The notes beneath the pieces are model-generated. The model was given only the letters and a program-made list of their open reading frames with translations. It did not search any database and had not been told where the DNA came from. DNA of 64,000 nucleotides, taken from positions 78,200-142,199 of the forward strand of contig CAYWJO010000005.1 of the NCBI GenBank assembly GCA_964458565.1, given 5' to 3'. Below are positions 10,572 to 20,873 of the stretch, piece after piece (within the stretch, counting starts at the first letter, position 1; every line of letters starts with the position of its first letter). Position numbers and translations under genes: made by a program. Source of the DNA: an uncultured archaeon. Its GTDB lineage: Archaea; Asgardarchaeota; Thorarchaeia; Thorarchaeales; Thorarchaeaceae.

Positions 10572-10710
10572 TGGTGGGCCGGGGGCGAATTTCATCTCGT
10601 TGATGATTACAACGAAATCTTGAACGCCCGGTCTCTTGCATTCCGTGACTTGAGGTCTAATGACCACAGTCGCCCCAAGCAAGAATCATACCAAGCTAGA
10701 CTACCGACCC
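10572..10710 (-). tRNA. tRNA-Pro(GGG) with two introns (37/38, 32 nt, 10641-10672; T-loop 59/60, 30 nt, 10589-10618)
   Basis: Reverse strand GGGTCGG...CTTGC-TT-GGG-G[intron]T-GCAAG...GGGCG-TTCAAG[intron]T-CGCCC-CCGGCCC-A-CCA; T-loop intron forms a bulge-helix-bulge (TTCA/TGAA central helix). Confidence 0.9.
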
Positions 10711-10808
10711 ATAGACATCAAGGCCTATTCTATTTCCAAAATAAAGGTTCCCAAACATCAATACTAGAACACGTGTTCTAATAATACGATTCATTTACTA
10801 GTCAGTAT

Positions 10809-11882
10809 GTGAAACTTCTGATGATGACAACTGATTTGATTTTCCACGATATATTCACTAAACATGAACTAAGTCCAGGACACCCTGAATCACCAGCACG
10901 TCTTGTAACAGCATTAGAGTACATCAGGCGTAGAAATCTTCTTGAAAATTATGAAATTTCACTAATAACACCAACCGATTCAGAAATATCCTCAATATAT
11001 CAAATTCATTCGAAAGAGTACGTCGAAGATATACGAACTAAATCGCAGATGGGTGGGGGATTCTTCACGCTTGACACGTCTTCCAACGAATATACCTATG
11101 ATGCAGCTATATTAGCTGCATGTGGAGGAGTACAAGCAATAAATCGAATAGTATCAGGAGAGAGTGAAAATGCATACGTGTTGTGTAGGCCTCCCGGTCA
11201 TCATGCTGAATATGACCGTGCCTATGGGTTCTGTTTCATCAATAACATAGCAGTAGCTGCACAACACCTCATAGATTATCATGAGCTTCAAAAAGTGCTC
11301 ATAGTTGATTATGATGCGCATCATGGAAATGGAACGCAAAACGCGTTTTACTCAAGCAATCAAGTTCTCTATATTGGTCTACATCAAGATGGTCGTACAC
11401 TATTTCCAGGATCTGGTTTTCCTAGAGAACTTGGTGAGGGTGAAGGTACTAATTATAATATAAATCTGGCAATGTATCCTGGTGCGGGTGATAAATCCTA
11501 TGAGTTAGCATTTAATGATATAGTAAAACCAATTGCTGAATCGTTCAAACCAGAATTCATTCTTGTTTCTGTAGGATCCGATTGTCATTTCAGTGATCCT
11601 CTAACATCTCTGGGTCTGACAACTGGCGGAATGGCTATGATGAACAAAGCCCTCCACCAAATGTCCGAAATATCTGCAAATGGAAGGCTTGCTTTCTTTC
11701 TGGAGGGAGGATACAATCTTGATATTGTTGGTCAATGTTCTCAACTGATATTGGAGGAGCTCGTAGGAGCGGAAATAACTGATTTTCATGATGAACATTC
11801 AGAATCTGAGAAGAGTATTGAGTACACAACAGAGCTGATTAATGTATTACAATCTCGACTGGAATCAACTTTTCTAACATAA
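10809..11882 (+). CDS. Histone deacetylase family (acetylpolyamine amidohydrolase-like) protein
   Basis: GHPESPARL, RPPGHHA, GFCFINN, DYDAHHGNGTQ, LEGGY. Confidence 0.92.
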   Translation: MKLLMMTTDLIFHDIFTKHELSPGHPESPARLVTALEYIRRRNLLENYEISLITPTDSEISSIYQIHSKEYVEDIRTKSQMGGGFFTLDTSSNEYTYDAAILAACGGVQAINRIVSGESENAYVLCRPPGHHAEYDRAYGFCFINNIAVAAQHLIDYHELQKVLIVDYDAHHGNGTQNAFYSSNQVLYIGLHQDGRTLFPGSGFPRELGEGEGTNYNINLAMYPGAGDKSYELAFNDIVKPIAESFKPEFILVSVGSDCHFSDPLTSLGLTTGGMAMMNKALHQMSEISANGRLAFFLEGGYNLDIVGQCSQLILEELVGAEITDFHDEHSESEKSIEYTTELINVLQSRLESTFLT

Positions 11883-11889
11883 AAGATAT

Positions 11890-14121
11890 CTAATCGTCAA
11901 AATCAGCAAGAAGTGTCTGCATCGTATCATCTTCTTCGGTTTCAACTTCTACACTTTCGGTTCCAATTGCCCCCTTTTCAACATCAAAACCCAACTGTTT
12001 TTTGATTGAAGCTGCAACGGATGTACCAATTGTAGGTATTTGTCCTAATTTCTCAGGTTTAACTTGGTATAAATCTGCTAGATTCTTTAATCCATGATTG
12101 TAGAGCATTCGTCCTCTCACACGACCTATACCTCTTAGACTAACGAGTTCTAACAACTCACTCTTGATTCCATGCTTCATTCTTGATTGCAGTTCGTATA
12201 GATTTCTGATGTATGATTCAGCTCCTGATACTTTTGCTATCTCAGAAGATGCATACAAAAGCCAATTTGCGGACTGAACATATCTATGAATATCTCCGGC
12301 ACCAACATTATAGTCGTCCGTGAGCTCCTTCTCCGATTTCTCCTGTATCCAATCCATCAATAAGCTTGCTGTCTTGACTTCAGCAAGAAATCTTGTATAT
12401 CCTTCAGGGTCTTCCCATTCATCTGGAGGTTCCATAAAGAGATCCTTCAAATGATCTTCTACGAAGAATTCGAAGTCCCCCATTTCTGATTGTGTGACAT
12501 AGGTGATAGATTGATCGGGGGTACTACATATTAAATGAAGCATGCCAATTTGTGTAAAATCACATTTTCTCTCAAAACCATTACGAATTTGCACCGTAGT
12601 CACGGGGTCAATATAGAGCTGAGATGTTCTCTTGCCCAATAATGTAGCTTTCAAAGATTCATTCGAACCATCTTCAATTAGTTCACCTTGTACAAGGAAA
12701 TCCAATGCTACAGTTATGTGATGATCAATTTCTCTCGAGTCAAATTGAAATGAGAAAAAGGTCTTTTCAAGAAGATTGTCAAGATCCTTTCGGGTAGGAG
12801 TCATATCTGCTGCTATTGCTGAGAGTATGTGAGCCCTAACGGCAGATTGTGATGCAAGTTTAGAAGTTATCATCTCCGATTCTGATAGAAGATAGCGTTC
12901 TGCAAGAAAATCAAGTTCTTGCTCAGTCCGTGCAATGAGAACAGCTTCTCCATACTTATCATATTTCGGTCGACCAGCTCTACCTGCCATCTGTTTGTAT
13001 TCAAGCACCGGAATGAAATAACTCCCTCTACCTTGTTCAAATCTACGAACATCACGGATTATTACTCTTCTAGCGGGAAGATTGACTCCTGCGGCAAGTG
13101 TTGGAGTAGCAATTATGACTTTCAGATGATTGTTTCTGAAGGCATCTTCTACATTCATCCTCTCCTGATTATCAAGACCTGCATGATGAAATGCGACTCC
13201 TTGATTTACTACTCTAGCAAGAGTCTTTGATGCCTCAGGTGCAGATAATCTCCCTCCAATCTTGTCCGCAATCTTCGAGAGGTATACAAGTGAGTCTTTT
13301 GATACATACGGACGAATATCTGATGCAATTCTCTTTGCTACCGCAACTGTGGATCGTCTACTTGATACGAAAACAAGAACCTGACCCCCCTCATCAAGAA
13401 TATCACAAATCACATCAGATAGAACCTCCTCTCTCATTCGTCTAATGAAACGTTTCTCTCCGTCGCTGAATGTAATCTCACTTTCTAAGACAATTCCCTC
13501 GTTAAGAGGAACTGGTCTCCATTCACTCTTGACAAGTTCAGCATCCAACCATCCAGCTATCTCATCCGCATTGGAGATAGTAGCACTTAGTGCCACTATC
13601 TGTACGTTTGGATTCACCTGACCTAGTTTTGCGAGAACCATCTCAAGTGTTGGACCCCTTGAAATATCATTTACAAGATGAACTTCGTCTACAATAACTA
13701 CTGCAACCTCTTGGATCCAATCAGTTTTATGTCGTATGAGGGAGTCCATCCTCTCTGTTGTTAAAACAACAATATCAGCATCACGTAGTTTTGTACCTGG
13801 TGAATCATAATCGCCAACAGACATAGCTGTGGTTATACCTAGAGAATCATATTTCTTGAAATCAGTATATTTCTCTCTTGCAAGAGACCTAAGTGGAACG
13901 AGATAGAGTGCTTTCCCCCTCCCATCAAGTATTGCCTTGAGCATGCAAATCTCGGCTACCAAAGTCTTTCCTGAACTTGTTGGTATTGCTAAAACAAGAT
14001 TTTCCCCTTTCAAGACATTAGTTTCTAGGGCGTCCTTTTGGGGTGGGAACAGCTCTGAGATACCAAGATTCTCAAGAATCTGTATGATTTTCTTATTGAT
14101 TGGTACCTCTGATATATCCAC
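11890..14121 (-). CDS. hel308: Hel308/Hjm Ski2-like DNA helicase
   Basis: PTSSGKT, DEVH, LSAT, FHHAGL, TPTLAAGVNLPA, QMAGRAGRP, HhH GIGRVRGR, C-terminal PIP-like QTLLADF. Confidence 0.93.
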   Translation of the reverse strand: MDISEVPINKKIIQILENLGISELFPPQKDALETNVLKGENLVLAIPTSSGKTLVAEICMLKAILDGRGKALYLVPLRSLAREKYTDFKKYDSLGITTAMSVGDYDSPGTKLRDADIVVLTTERMDSLIRHKTDWIQEVAVVIVDEVHLVNDISRGPTLEMVLAKLGQVNPNVQIVALSATISNADEIAGWLDAELVKSEWRPVPLNEGIVLESEITFSDGEKRFIRRMREEVLSDVICDILDEGGQVLVFVSSRRSTVAVAKRIASDIRPYVSKDSLVYLSKIADKIGGRLSAPEASKTLARVVNQGVAFHHAGLDNQERMNVEDAFRNNHLKVIIATPTLAAGVNLPARRVIIRDVRRFEQGRGSYFIPVLEYKQMAGRAGRPKYDKYGEAVLIARTEQELDFLAERYLLSESEMITSKLASQSAVRAHILSAIAADMTPTRKDLDNLLEKTFFSFQFDSREIDHHITVALDFLVQGELIEDGSNESLKATLLGKRTSQLYIDPVTTVQIRNGFERKCDFTQIGMLHLICSTPDQSITYVTQSEMGDFEFFVEDHLKDLFMEPPDEWEDPEGYTRFLAEVKTASLLMDWIQEKSEKELTDDYNVGAGDIHRYVQSANWLLYASSEIAKVSGAESYIRNLYELQSRMKHGIKSELLELVSLRGIGRVRGRMLYNHGLKNLADLYQVKPEKLGQIPTIGTSVAASIKKQLGFDVEKGAIGTESVEVETEEDDTMQTLLADFDD

Positions 14122-14153
14122 AATCTCATCTCCGATTTGTAGGAATAGGATGT

Positions 14154-17100
14154 CTAACTTTGAATACGTTTAATCCTACCATCACGAGGGTAGAAGAGAA
14201 TCCCCTCAGCAACCAGTTTCCTAATGACTTCTTCTGCTCTCTCGGCAGCAAGTCCCATCGAAACAACACGTTGAATTAATGCATCCTGAGTAACTGTAGA
14301 CGTACCATCTGCCTCAAAATCTCGCATGGCTTTGAGTATTATGTCTGATGAGCTCCGTTGAGCCGCACTCATTGTAGACACTAGTCTATCAATATCTATT
14401 TTCCCAGTAATTCGATCAAGCGCAACCATTCTTAGAGATTCTTCAAGTAATCGCACAGATGCCTCAGCATCTTCCTTTGTGACCTTTGTTCGCAATGCCA
14501 TTTTTGCTCTAGCTTCAGCAAGTCTGACCAAGGCTTCTAGTTGTCGTGCTGTTATGGGTACTGGTGCTGCTCCTCCTTCGGCACTTTTTCTCAAATCCAC
14601 GTAGAAGTTCTCAATTACTTCTGCTGCTTCAGCTGTGAGCTGTGGTATTACATAACGATTGGCATATCCAATATACTTCTTAAGAAATTCAGGAGAAATA
14701 GGTGCGACTGCACTTTTTCTGGTAGTCTTCTTCATTTGATGCATTCCAAGAATAAATTGGGCAAGTTCTCTATCTTTTGATGCTTCTACAGTATCAACAA
14801 GAATCCAAATCAAATCGAAACGTGACATTATTGTAAATGGTAATTTTATATTATCTTGGATGGACAATGATGGCTCATAACGCCCAAGAGTTGGATTAGC
14901 CGCTGCTAAAATCGATGTACGGGCATTCAGAGTAGCAACAATACCCGCCTTAGCGATACTCACAGTGTGCTGCTCCATTGCTTCATGAATCGCAGTTCTA
15001 TCGTTAGGGTCCATCTTATCGAATTCATCAATACATGCAATCCCTTGGTCCGCTAGCACCAATGCTCCGGCTTCCAAGGTCATGGCTCCGGTATCGGAAT
15101 CATGGACCACTGCAGCAGTCAGTCCCGCAGCTGTAGTGCCTTTACCTGATGTATAAAGTCCTCTTGCTGCAAGACCCGATACAAATTTTAGAATCTGGCT
15201 ATTATGAACGATTAGATTCCCGTTTGCTAACACAAAGTGTCCATCTTCAGTTCCCAAATCATACACGATTGCATCCTTGTCAACGTGTTCAATTCTTATT
15301 ACTTTGTCCCAAAAGATATCTGATGCTGCCAGTGTTTTGAGAGAATCAAGTGCATCAGAATGGGCATCTTCCAATCCGAATTGAATCAATCTAATAATTA
15401 GATTTTGTAAGTATTTACGTCCCATTCTTTGTCTGTACGTCTTCCCTCTTATTTCTCCAAGGAAATTTCGTGATGATGAGCCCCTAATACTTCTTATCCC
15501 CAAGTCCTTAGCTGCTTGGATACATAAGTTTCCAAAGTTCGGAATAATGTCCTTAGATTGATATCTTTGACGCATTGATAAGTTCTTTACAAGGTTCTCT
15601 AAACGTTCTCTTTTGGTAGGAGAAACGAATCCGATTTCTCGATGGAATTCAAGCAGTTCCTCACCATTGATTGCAATCTTATAGTATATACGATTCTTAT
15701 ACGGTCCTGATTTCAGTTTCCTTTTTGAAATAGAAGCAAAGATTCCAATCGTAGAAAGGAGATCTGATAGTTGATATGCTAAATCTTGGCTTTTCGTTAC
15801 AGCATATATGCTTGCACTTTTTTCCTCTATCCAACCATCTCCAGAGAAATATGCTGACAACAACGAGCGTCTGAACTCTATAGGAGTTGCAAAAAACAGG
15901 TCGGGGAGCTTCTTCTCAGCTGCCCCAGATCCAAACATCTCCAAAAACCACTGACTTATACTTGATTGGCAAATATAGACACCCCTCTCAAAAGATGAAG
16001 CTTTTCCAAAGAGGCTTTTCAAATCTGAATCCAATTTGGTCTTTATAGTAGCATCAAGATTGGTAAACCTTACCATATTCGTTTCAACATTGCCTTCTGA
16101 TAGGTAAAAACCAATGATTCTACCCAGTTTTTCATCAAATGGGATTTTTCTGGGGAACCATGAATTATCATGCTTTTGTCTTATCCATCCCTTAGCTGGA
16201 ATGACTGTAGGATTGGCAACATAGCTTCGTATAGTAGAAGATGCAATGTTAGCAGTTGCAGCAGCAGTATCCACAGAAATCAGATTTTGTCCAATTTGTG
16301 AGATTTGTTCACATATAATGTCAGACTGAACCAGATTATCATCAGAGATACCTTCACTAATATCTACCTTTGTAATGAAACTTTCGTCACAGAATCTGAT
16401 TGCCCGTGCTATAGGCAGGAAAATACCAGGTTTCAAATCCCGAGCCATGAGAACATGTAGATGTCCATCTATCATAGTGGACAGAGAATGGTCTGGCGTC
16501 ATCAATGCGGTTCTTCCCGACGCAGTATATATCCGAACCAAGCTATCTGTTCTGTGTCTGCTTACCTCAACTATTCGGGATTTCTTTGTCTTCAAATTTT
16601 CTAAATCAATGGAAATAGTATAGAGCTCAGAATCACTGACCAGCCGCAGTACATCGGTATCATCCTTGGTTATTACTTCACTCGGGTATTTGTTCATCAT
16701 TGTATCAATGACTTCACCAATCTTTCTGATAGACCAAGTAGAATCCGTGGATGTGTCTCTTAGGAAAATCTTTTCCTTTCCGTGAACACTCTTTCCGGTA
16801 CCTGGATCTCCAATCATTAGGATGTTTGAACGCCCTCTTAATCGTGTCCCATCTGGTAATGTTTTTCCTACTCCTCCAAAGAGTAAGAGTGCTATTGATT
16901 CCTTAATCAGATCATGTCCATAGATAGAAGGCGCTATTGAAGCAAAGATTCTACCATGAACATAAGGGTCTTCAGCAAGCGACTTGATTTCTTGCTCATC
17001 GTCCTCTGTAATCTCTATCTGTTCATATTCCTTTTCAGATACTTCAACACCAATAGCATCAATAAAAACATTGAATGTTGCTAATCGTCCACCGCGCCTA

Positions 17101-17840
17101 GAGAAATCAGGTGAAGTTTGAAGCATACCTGTGACTTTGACTAGGTCACCTGGACGAGAAATATCTACAATATCACCCCTAAGTGTTACATCTACAGATC
17201 TAGGCATCTGTCCTGGAGGAAGCTCATCTGGCGACTCTTGTACTCTTATTTTCTGCCAATCTATGAATACCGATTTCTCAGGTATCAGCTTGACAGATGG
17301 TTTACTTGTATTACATGCGTCACAAAATAGTGGTGTAGTGAATCGCCCCTCTTCTTGAAATACTGGTATCTCATTTCCACATTGTCCTGCAGACCCCCTA
17401 CATTCAAAGACTCCTATCTCAAGTAATGGTTTGACTTCACTCGCACGCATTAAGATTCCACTAATGTGTATCAAACGACCAATATGCTTGGAACGTATCG
17501 CTCGTAATGCAATATGTTCTGAATAGTTTACTATACGAACCTTGAAAATTCCGCTACCCATTTTTTCAATCGTATCTTCAACATATTTCTCATCCTCACT
17601 TCTCAGAATCGACAACAAGGCATCATTCAAACTGGACAACAAGTCGGTTGGCTTTTCACTTGCCTTTTCATAGAAAATATTGTCAAATGTAACTAAATCC
17701 TGAAAATCAACCGCCAGTGAGGTTTCTTCGTAAATAGACATCTGTTGTACTCTAGACCAATATTTTGTGTTTCCACTCTCATCTTTGTAGGTTCGAATGA
17801 ACTCCTCTAGTCTTTCTGAATCCGAACTCATTTTAATCAA
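14154..17840 (-). CDS. mcm: MCM replicative helicase containing an intein
   Basis: QESP..LPPGQMPRS, IAPSIYG, GDPGTGK, GLTAAV, LEAGALVLAD, IDEFDKM, HEAMEQ, SRFD. Confidence 0.97.
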   Translation of the reverse strand: MIKMSSDSERLEEFIRTYKDESGNTKYWSRVQQMSIYEETSLAVDFQDLVTFDNIFYEKASEKPTDLLSSLNDALLSILRSEDEKYVEDTIEKMGSGIFKVRIVNYSEHIALRAIRSKHIGRLIHISGILMRASEVKPLLEIGVFECRGSAGQCGNEIPVFQEEGRFTTPLFCDACNTSKPSVKLIPEKSVFIDWQKIRVQESPDELPPGQMPRSVDVTLRGDIVDISRPGDLVKVTGMLQTSPDFSRRGGRLATFNVFIDAIGVEVSEKEYEQIEITEDDEQEIKSLAEDPYVHGRIFASIAPSIYGHDLIKESIALLLFGGVGKTLPDGTRLRGRSNILMIGDPGTGKSVHGKEKIFLRDTSTDSTWSIRKIGEVIDTMMNKYPSEVITKDDTDVLRLVSDSELYTISIDLENLKTKKSRIVEVSRHRTDSLVRIYTASGRTALMTPDHSLSTMIDGHLHVLMARDLKPGIFLPIARAIRFCDESFITKVDISEGISDDNLVQSDIICEQISQIGQNLISVDTAAATANIASSTIRSYVANPTVIPAKGWIRQKHDNSWFPRKIPFDEKLGRIIGFYLSEGNVETNMVRFTNLDATIKTKLDSDLKSLFGKASSFERGVYICQSSISQWFLEMFGSGAAEKKLPDLFFATPIEFRRSLLSAYFSGDGWIEEKSASIYAVTKSQDLAYQLSDLLSTIGIFASISKRKLKSGPYKNRIYYKIAINGEELLEFHREIGFVSPTKRERLENLVKNLSMRQRYQSKDIIPNFGNLCIQAAKDLGIRSIRGSSSRNFLGEIRGKTYRQRMGRKYLQNLIIRLIQFGLEDAHSDALDSLKTLAASDIFWDKVIRIEHVDKDAIVYDLGTEDGHFVLANGNLIVHNSQILKFVSGLAARGLYTSGKGTTAAGLTAAVVHDSDTGAMTLEAGALVLADQGIACIDEFDKMDPNDRTAIHEAMEQHTVSIAKAGIVATLNARTSILAAANPTLGRYEPSLSIQDNIKLPFTIMSRFDLIWILVDTVEASKDRELAQFILGMHQMKKTTRKSAVAPISPEFLKKYIGYANRYVIPQLTAEAAEVIENFYVDLRKSAEGGAAPVPITARQLEALVRLAEARAKMALRTKVTKEDAEASVRLLEESLRMVALDRITGKIDIDRLVSTMSAAQRSSSDIILKAMRDFEADGTSTVTQDALIQRVVSMGLAAERAEEVIRKLVAEGILFYPRDGRIKRIQS
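15201..16790 (-). mobile_element. Intein with LAGLIDADG homing endonuclease in the MCM Walker A motif (530 aa)
   Basis: Insertion GTGK|SVHGKE...VYDL...NLIVHN|SQIL; TPDHSL block B; endonuclease motifs IIGFYLSEG and LLSAYFSGDG. Confidence 0.93.
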
Positions 17841-17986
17841 CTACTTGTCATTTTCAGGAATTTCAGTTTCAATATAATGAATCCCACATTATTTACTATA
17901 GTATTATCCGATATTAATTCCGTTCTCGTTAGCTCTGAGTTATTCCTTTTAACTCTGCTACCAGCTGCGCATATTGTATATCATAT

Positions 17987-18556
17987 CTATTCTTTTACAT
18001 AATGGCGCCATTCGGAAAGAATTTCGATAATCTCCTCACAAAGCCAGCGTTCTTCATGAGTCATCTGTTTCTGCGTATCCTGATATGCACCCGATTTTGC
18101 TATTTGGATTATTTTTGACAGCCGTATCTCACTCATATTCCGTAGGAGATTTTCAAATTTTCCGATATCTTCCTGTCCGATTGGATCGGGAGAAGTCCGG
18201 TCTCCTTGGAGATGTCTTATTCTCTCTCTGATTGCGACGTACATAAGAGAATTTGTATTCTGGATACCAGATTGCCGTTTTTCCTGCTGATAGATTCTTT
18301 GAATTTGTGAAAGCGCCTCATATTCATCATCTGGTACGATTTCAACAATCTCATTGGCCATTAGTACATCAATAATCCAGTTTTCCAATTCCACCTGCTG
18401 GTTCTCGTCAAACGGTCCTATTTCTTTCCCACCAACAAATAACTTCGATATAGGTTTCAAGAATATACATCCTCGTATCTCGTTCAGATAATTCATTCTG
18501 AAACGATCTATCATCTCTTTTGCTTGATTGTGTAGTTTCATTACTGGTATCCACAC
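17987..18556 (-). CDS. GINS subunit, Gins23-type
   Basis: Immediately upstream of mcm; N-terminal B domain (IGPF...V.L..W....L), C-terminal R..KI...A...MT.EE helices. Confidence 0.75.
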   Translation of the reverse strand: MWIPVMKLHNQAKEMIDRFRMNYLNEIRGCIFLKPISKLFVGGKEIGPFDENQQVELENWIIDVLMANEIVEIVPDDEYEALSQIQRIYQQEKRQSGIQNTNSLMYVAIRERIRHLQGDRTSPDPIGQEDIGKFENLLRNMSEIRLSKIIQIAKSGAYQDTQKQMTHEERWLCEEIIEILSEWRHYVKE

Positions 18557-18665
18557 TTATCTTGTAAACCTATATCACTGAATTCACTCTATCTGGAGAA
18601 TCTTTTAAGGACATTGTATAATGAACACATGACTCTAAACGTTCCGGGATGGCAGTACCAATACA

Positions 18666-19637
18666 ATGGATGATGAAATCAAGATGGATATTGACTTATG
18701 GACTGAGAAGCATCGCCCCGCTACACTTGGAGAAATTGTCGGGCAAGACACTCTGATTGAAAAACTGAAGAAATTCGTTGAGCAGAAAGCAGTTCCACAC
18801 TGTCTATTTGCAGGTCCTCCTGGAACTGCAAAGACTACCGCAGGTATGGCGATGGCTCGTGATTTATTCGGGAGCACATTTGATCGGAACTTCATGGAGC
18901 TTAATGCAAGCGATGAGAGAGGTATTGATGTGGTTCGAAACCAAATCAAGAATTTTGCCCGGATAATGCCTGCTGGTGATGCACCATTTAAGCTCCTAGT
19001 TCTTGACGAAGCTGACCATCTCACTGCAGATGCGCAACACGCACTAAGAAGAACTATGGAATCCTATGCATCATCCTGTAGAATGATTCTGATATGCAAC
19101 TATTCAAGTCGTATCATTCCTCCAATTCAATCTAGATGTGCAATTTTCAAGTTTAATCGTCTGGATGACAATTCTATTTCAGAACGATTGAAATATATCG
19201 CTGGTGCAGAGAAGGTAAAACTCGACGAAAGCGGTTTAGAGGCTATCCTATATATTGCAGAAGGTGATATGAGAGCTGCTATCAATCTATTACAAGCTGC
19301 ATCATCTACTGGTGGAAAAGTTACAGAATTTACAGTATATGGCATTTCAGGTCGTGCTAATCCTGAACGGATTCTAAATATGCTTCAAATCTCTATGGAT
19401 GGGAAATATGATGATGCTTTAGATACTCTTCATATGTTTCTACACAATGAAGGAGTATCTCCTGTAGATTTAGTGCGTCAAATTCATAGAGAAATCACGA
19501 AGATGGAAATATCGAATATCGTCAAAATGAAGATTCTTGAGCGGACTGCTGAAACCGAATTCAGAATCACTGAGGGTGCCAGTGGTGAGGTTCAATTAGT
19601 ATCACTTCTTGGATACATGGGACAGGAGTTGTCATAA
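18666..19637 (+). CDS. rfcS: Replication factor C small subunit
   Basis: WTEKHRP, GPPGTAKT, ELNASDERGIDVVR, LDEAD, IQSRC, GDMR. Confidence 0.95.
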   Translation: MDDEIKMDIDLWTEKHRPATLGEIVGQDTLIEKLKKFVEQKAVPHCLFAGPPGTAKTTAGMAMARDLFGSTFDRNFMELNASDERGIDVVRNQIKNFARIMPAGDAPFKLLVLDEADHLTADAQHALRRTMESYASSCRMILICNYSSRIIPPIQSRCAIFKFNRLDDNSISERLKYIAGAEKVKLDESGLEAILYIAEGDMRAAINLLQAASSTGGKVTEFTVYGISGRANPERILNMLQISMDGKYDDALDTLHMFLHNEGVSPVDLVRQIHREITKMEISNIVKMKILERTAETEFRITEGASGEVQLVSLLGYMGQELS

Positions 19638-19640
19638 CCA

Positions 19641-20873
19641 GTGGACACAAGCAATCTGCCTTGGCCAGAGCAACATCGTCCGACCTCTCTGGAAGAACTG
19701 GTTGGAAATCTGGATCAGCTGGCAGCCCTGTCAGATTGGTTGAAGATTTGGACAACTGGAATACCTCATTTCAGAGCTGCTCTTCTTATTGGTCCTCCAG
19801 GTGTTGGAAAGACAGCATCAGTTAATGCACTTGCAAATGATATGGGAATGGAAATAGTCGAATTTAATGCGAGTGATAGTCGAAATAAATCCCAGATTGA
19901 AACACTCGTTTGGAGGTCTGCGATGCAACAAACTCTAGATGGTAGTCTACGCCTGATTCTTCTTGATGAAGTAGATGGATTATCTGGTACTAGTGATCGT
20001 GGTGGTATAGGCGCTATTATCAAGATAATTGAAACAACAGTACATCCAATCATTATGACTGCAAATGATCCAGAGAGCACTCGTTTGAAAGACCTTCTTA
20101 AGAAATGCAGGGTTTTCACATTCGAACCCATTTCTCATGATGATATGTTAAAAATCTTGAAACGTATTGTTAAGCTTCAACGTTTCGAAATTGATGAATC
20201 TGTGTTAGAAGATATAATTTGCAATTCAAGTGGCGATTTGAGAGCCGCAATATCAGATTTGGAGATGATTGTCAAAGGTGGTATTATAGACACTAGCCTT
20301 GCATTTCGAGATATACGTCGTAGTGCACAAGACACTCTGAGAAGATTATTCATGGCAACAGATATGGAAACCGCAAAACGCATCCTTTCCGAATCTGATA
20401 TAGATCATGATAAACTAATTCTCTGGCTTGAAGAAAATATTCATCTGCATCTCACATCATCACAGGAACTCGAAAATGGATTAGAGGCATTATCTCAGGC
20501 GGATTTGTATCTAGGTCGAATCTGGAGGGGCCCCAACTGGCGATTATTAGCATATTTCTATGACATCTTAGCTATTGGTATCCCAACAAGTAGAATTGAA
20601 ACCCCATTTGTAAAAACCCACTATACACAATCAAAATGGCCTCTTCTTGTATGGCAGTCAAATATGAGTGAACAAAAACAATCCGAAATCAGAAGTCGGA
20701 TTGCAAGAGCCACTGATGTTTCAAAGAAAAGAGTTCAAAAAACGCAACAGAATATCATCCAGCAAATAATAGACCAAAACCCTGCCGCAGAAGGCGATTT
20801 TACGGATTGGCTGGGTCTTAAAAGGGGAACTTTAGGTCAGCGAGGAAATCGTCATTCACCCCATAGAAGGTAG
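19641..20873 (+). CDS. rfcL: Replication factor C large subunit
   Basis: PWPEQHRP, GPPGVGKT, EFNASD.R, DEVDG, GDLRAAI.DL, W.EEN; follows rfcS. Confidence 0.9.
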   Translation: MDTSNLPWPEQHRPTSLEELVGNLDQLAALSDWLKIWTTGIPHFRAALLIGPPGVGKTASVNALANDMGMEIVEFNASDSRNKSQIETLVWRSAMQQTLDGSLRLILLDEVDGLSGTSDRGGIGAIIKIIETTVHPIIMTANDPESTRLKDLLKKCRVFTFEPISHDDMLKILKRIVKLQRFEIDESVLEDIICNSSGDLRAAISDLEMIVKGGIIDTSLAFRDIRRSAQDTLRRLFMATDMETAKRILSESDIDHDKLILWLEENIHLHLTSSQELENGLEALSQADLYLGRIWRGPNWRLLAYFYDILAIGIPTSRIETPFVKTHYTQSKWPLLVWQSNMSEQKQSEIRSRIARATDVSKKRVQKTQQNIIQQIIDQNPAAEGDFTDWLGLKRGTLGQRGNRHSPHRR

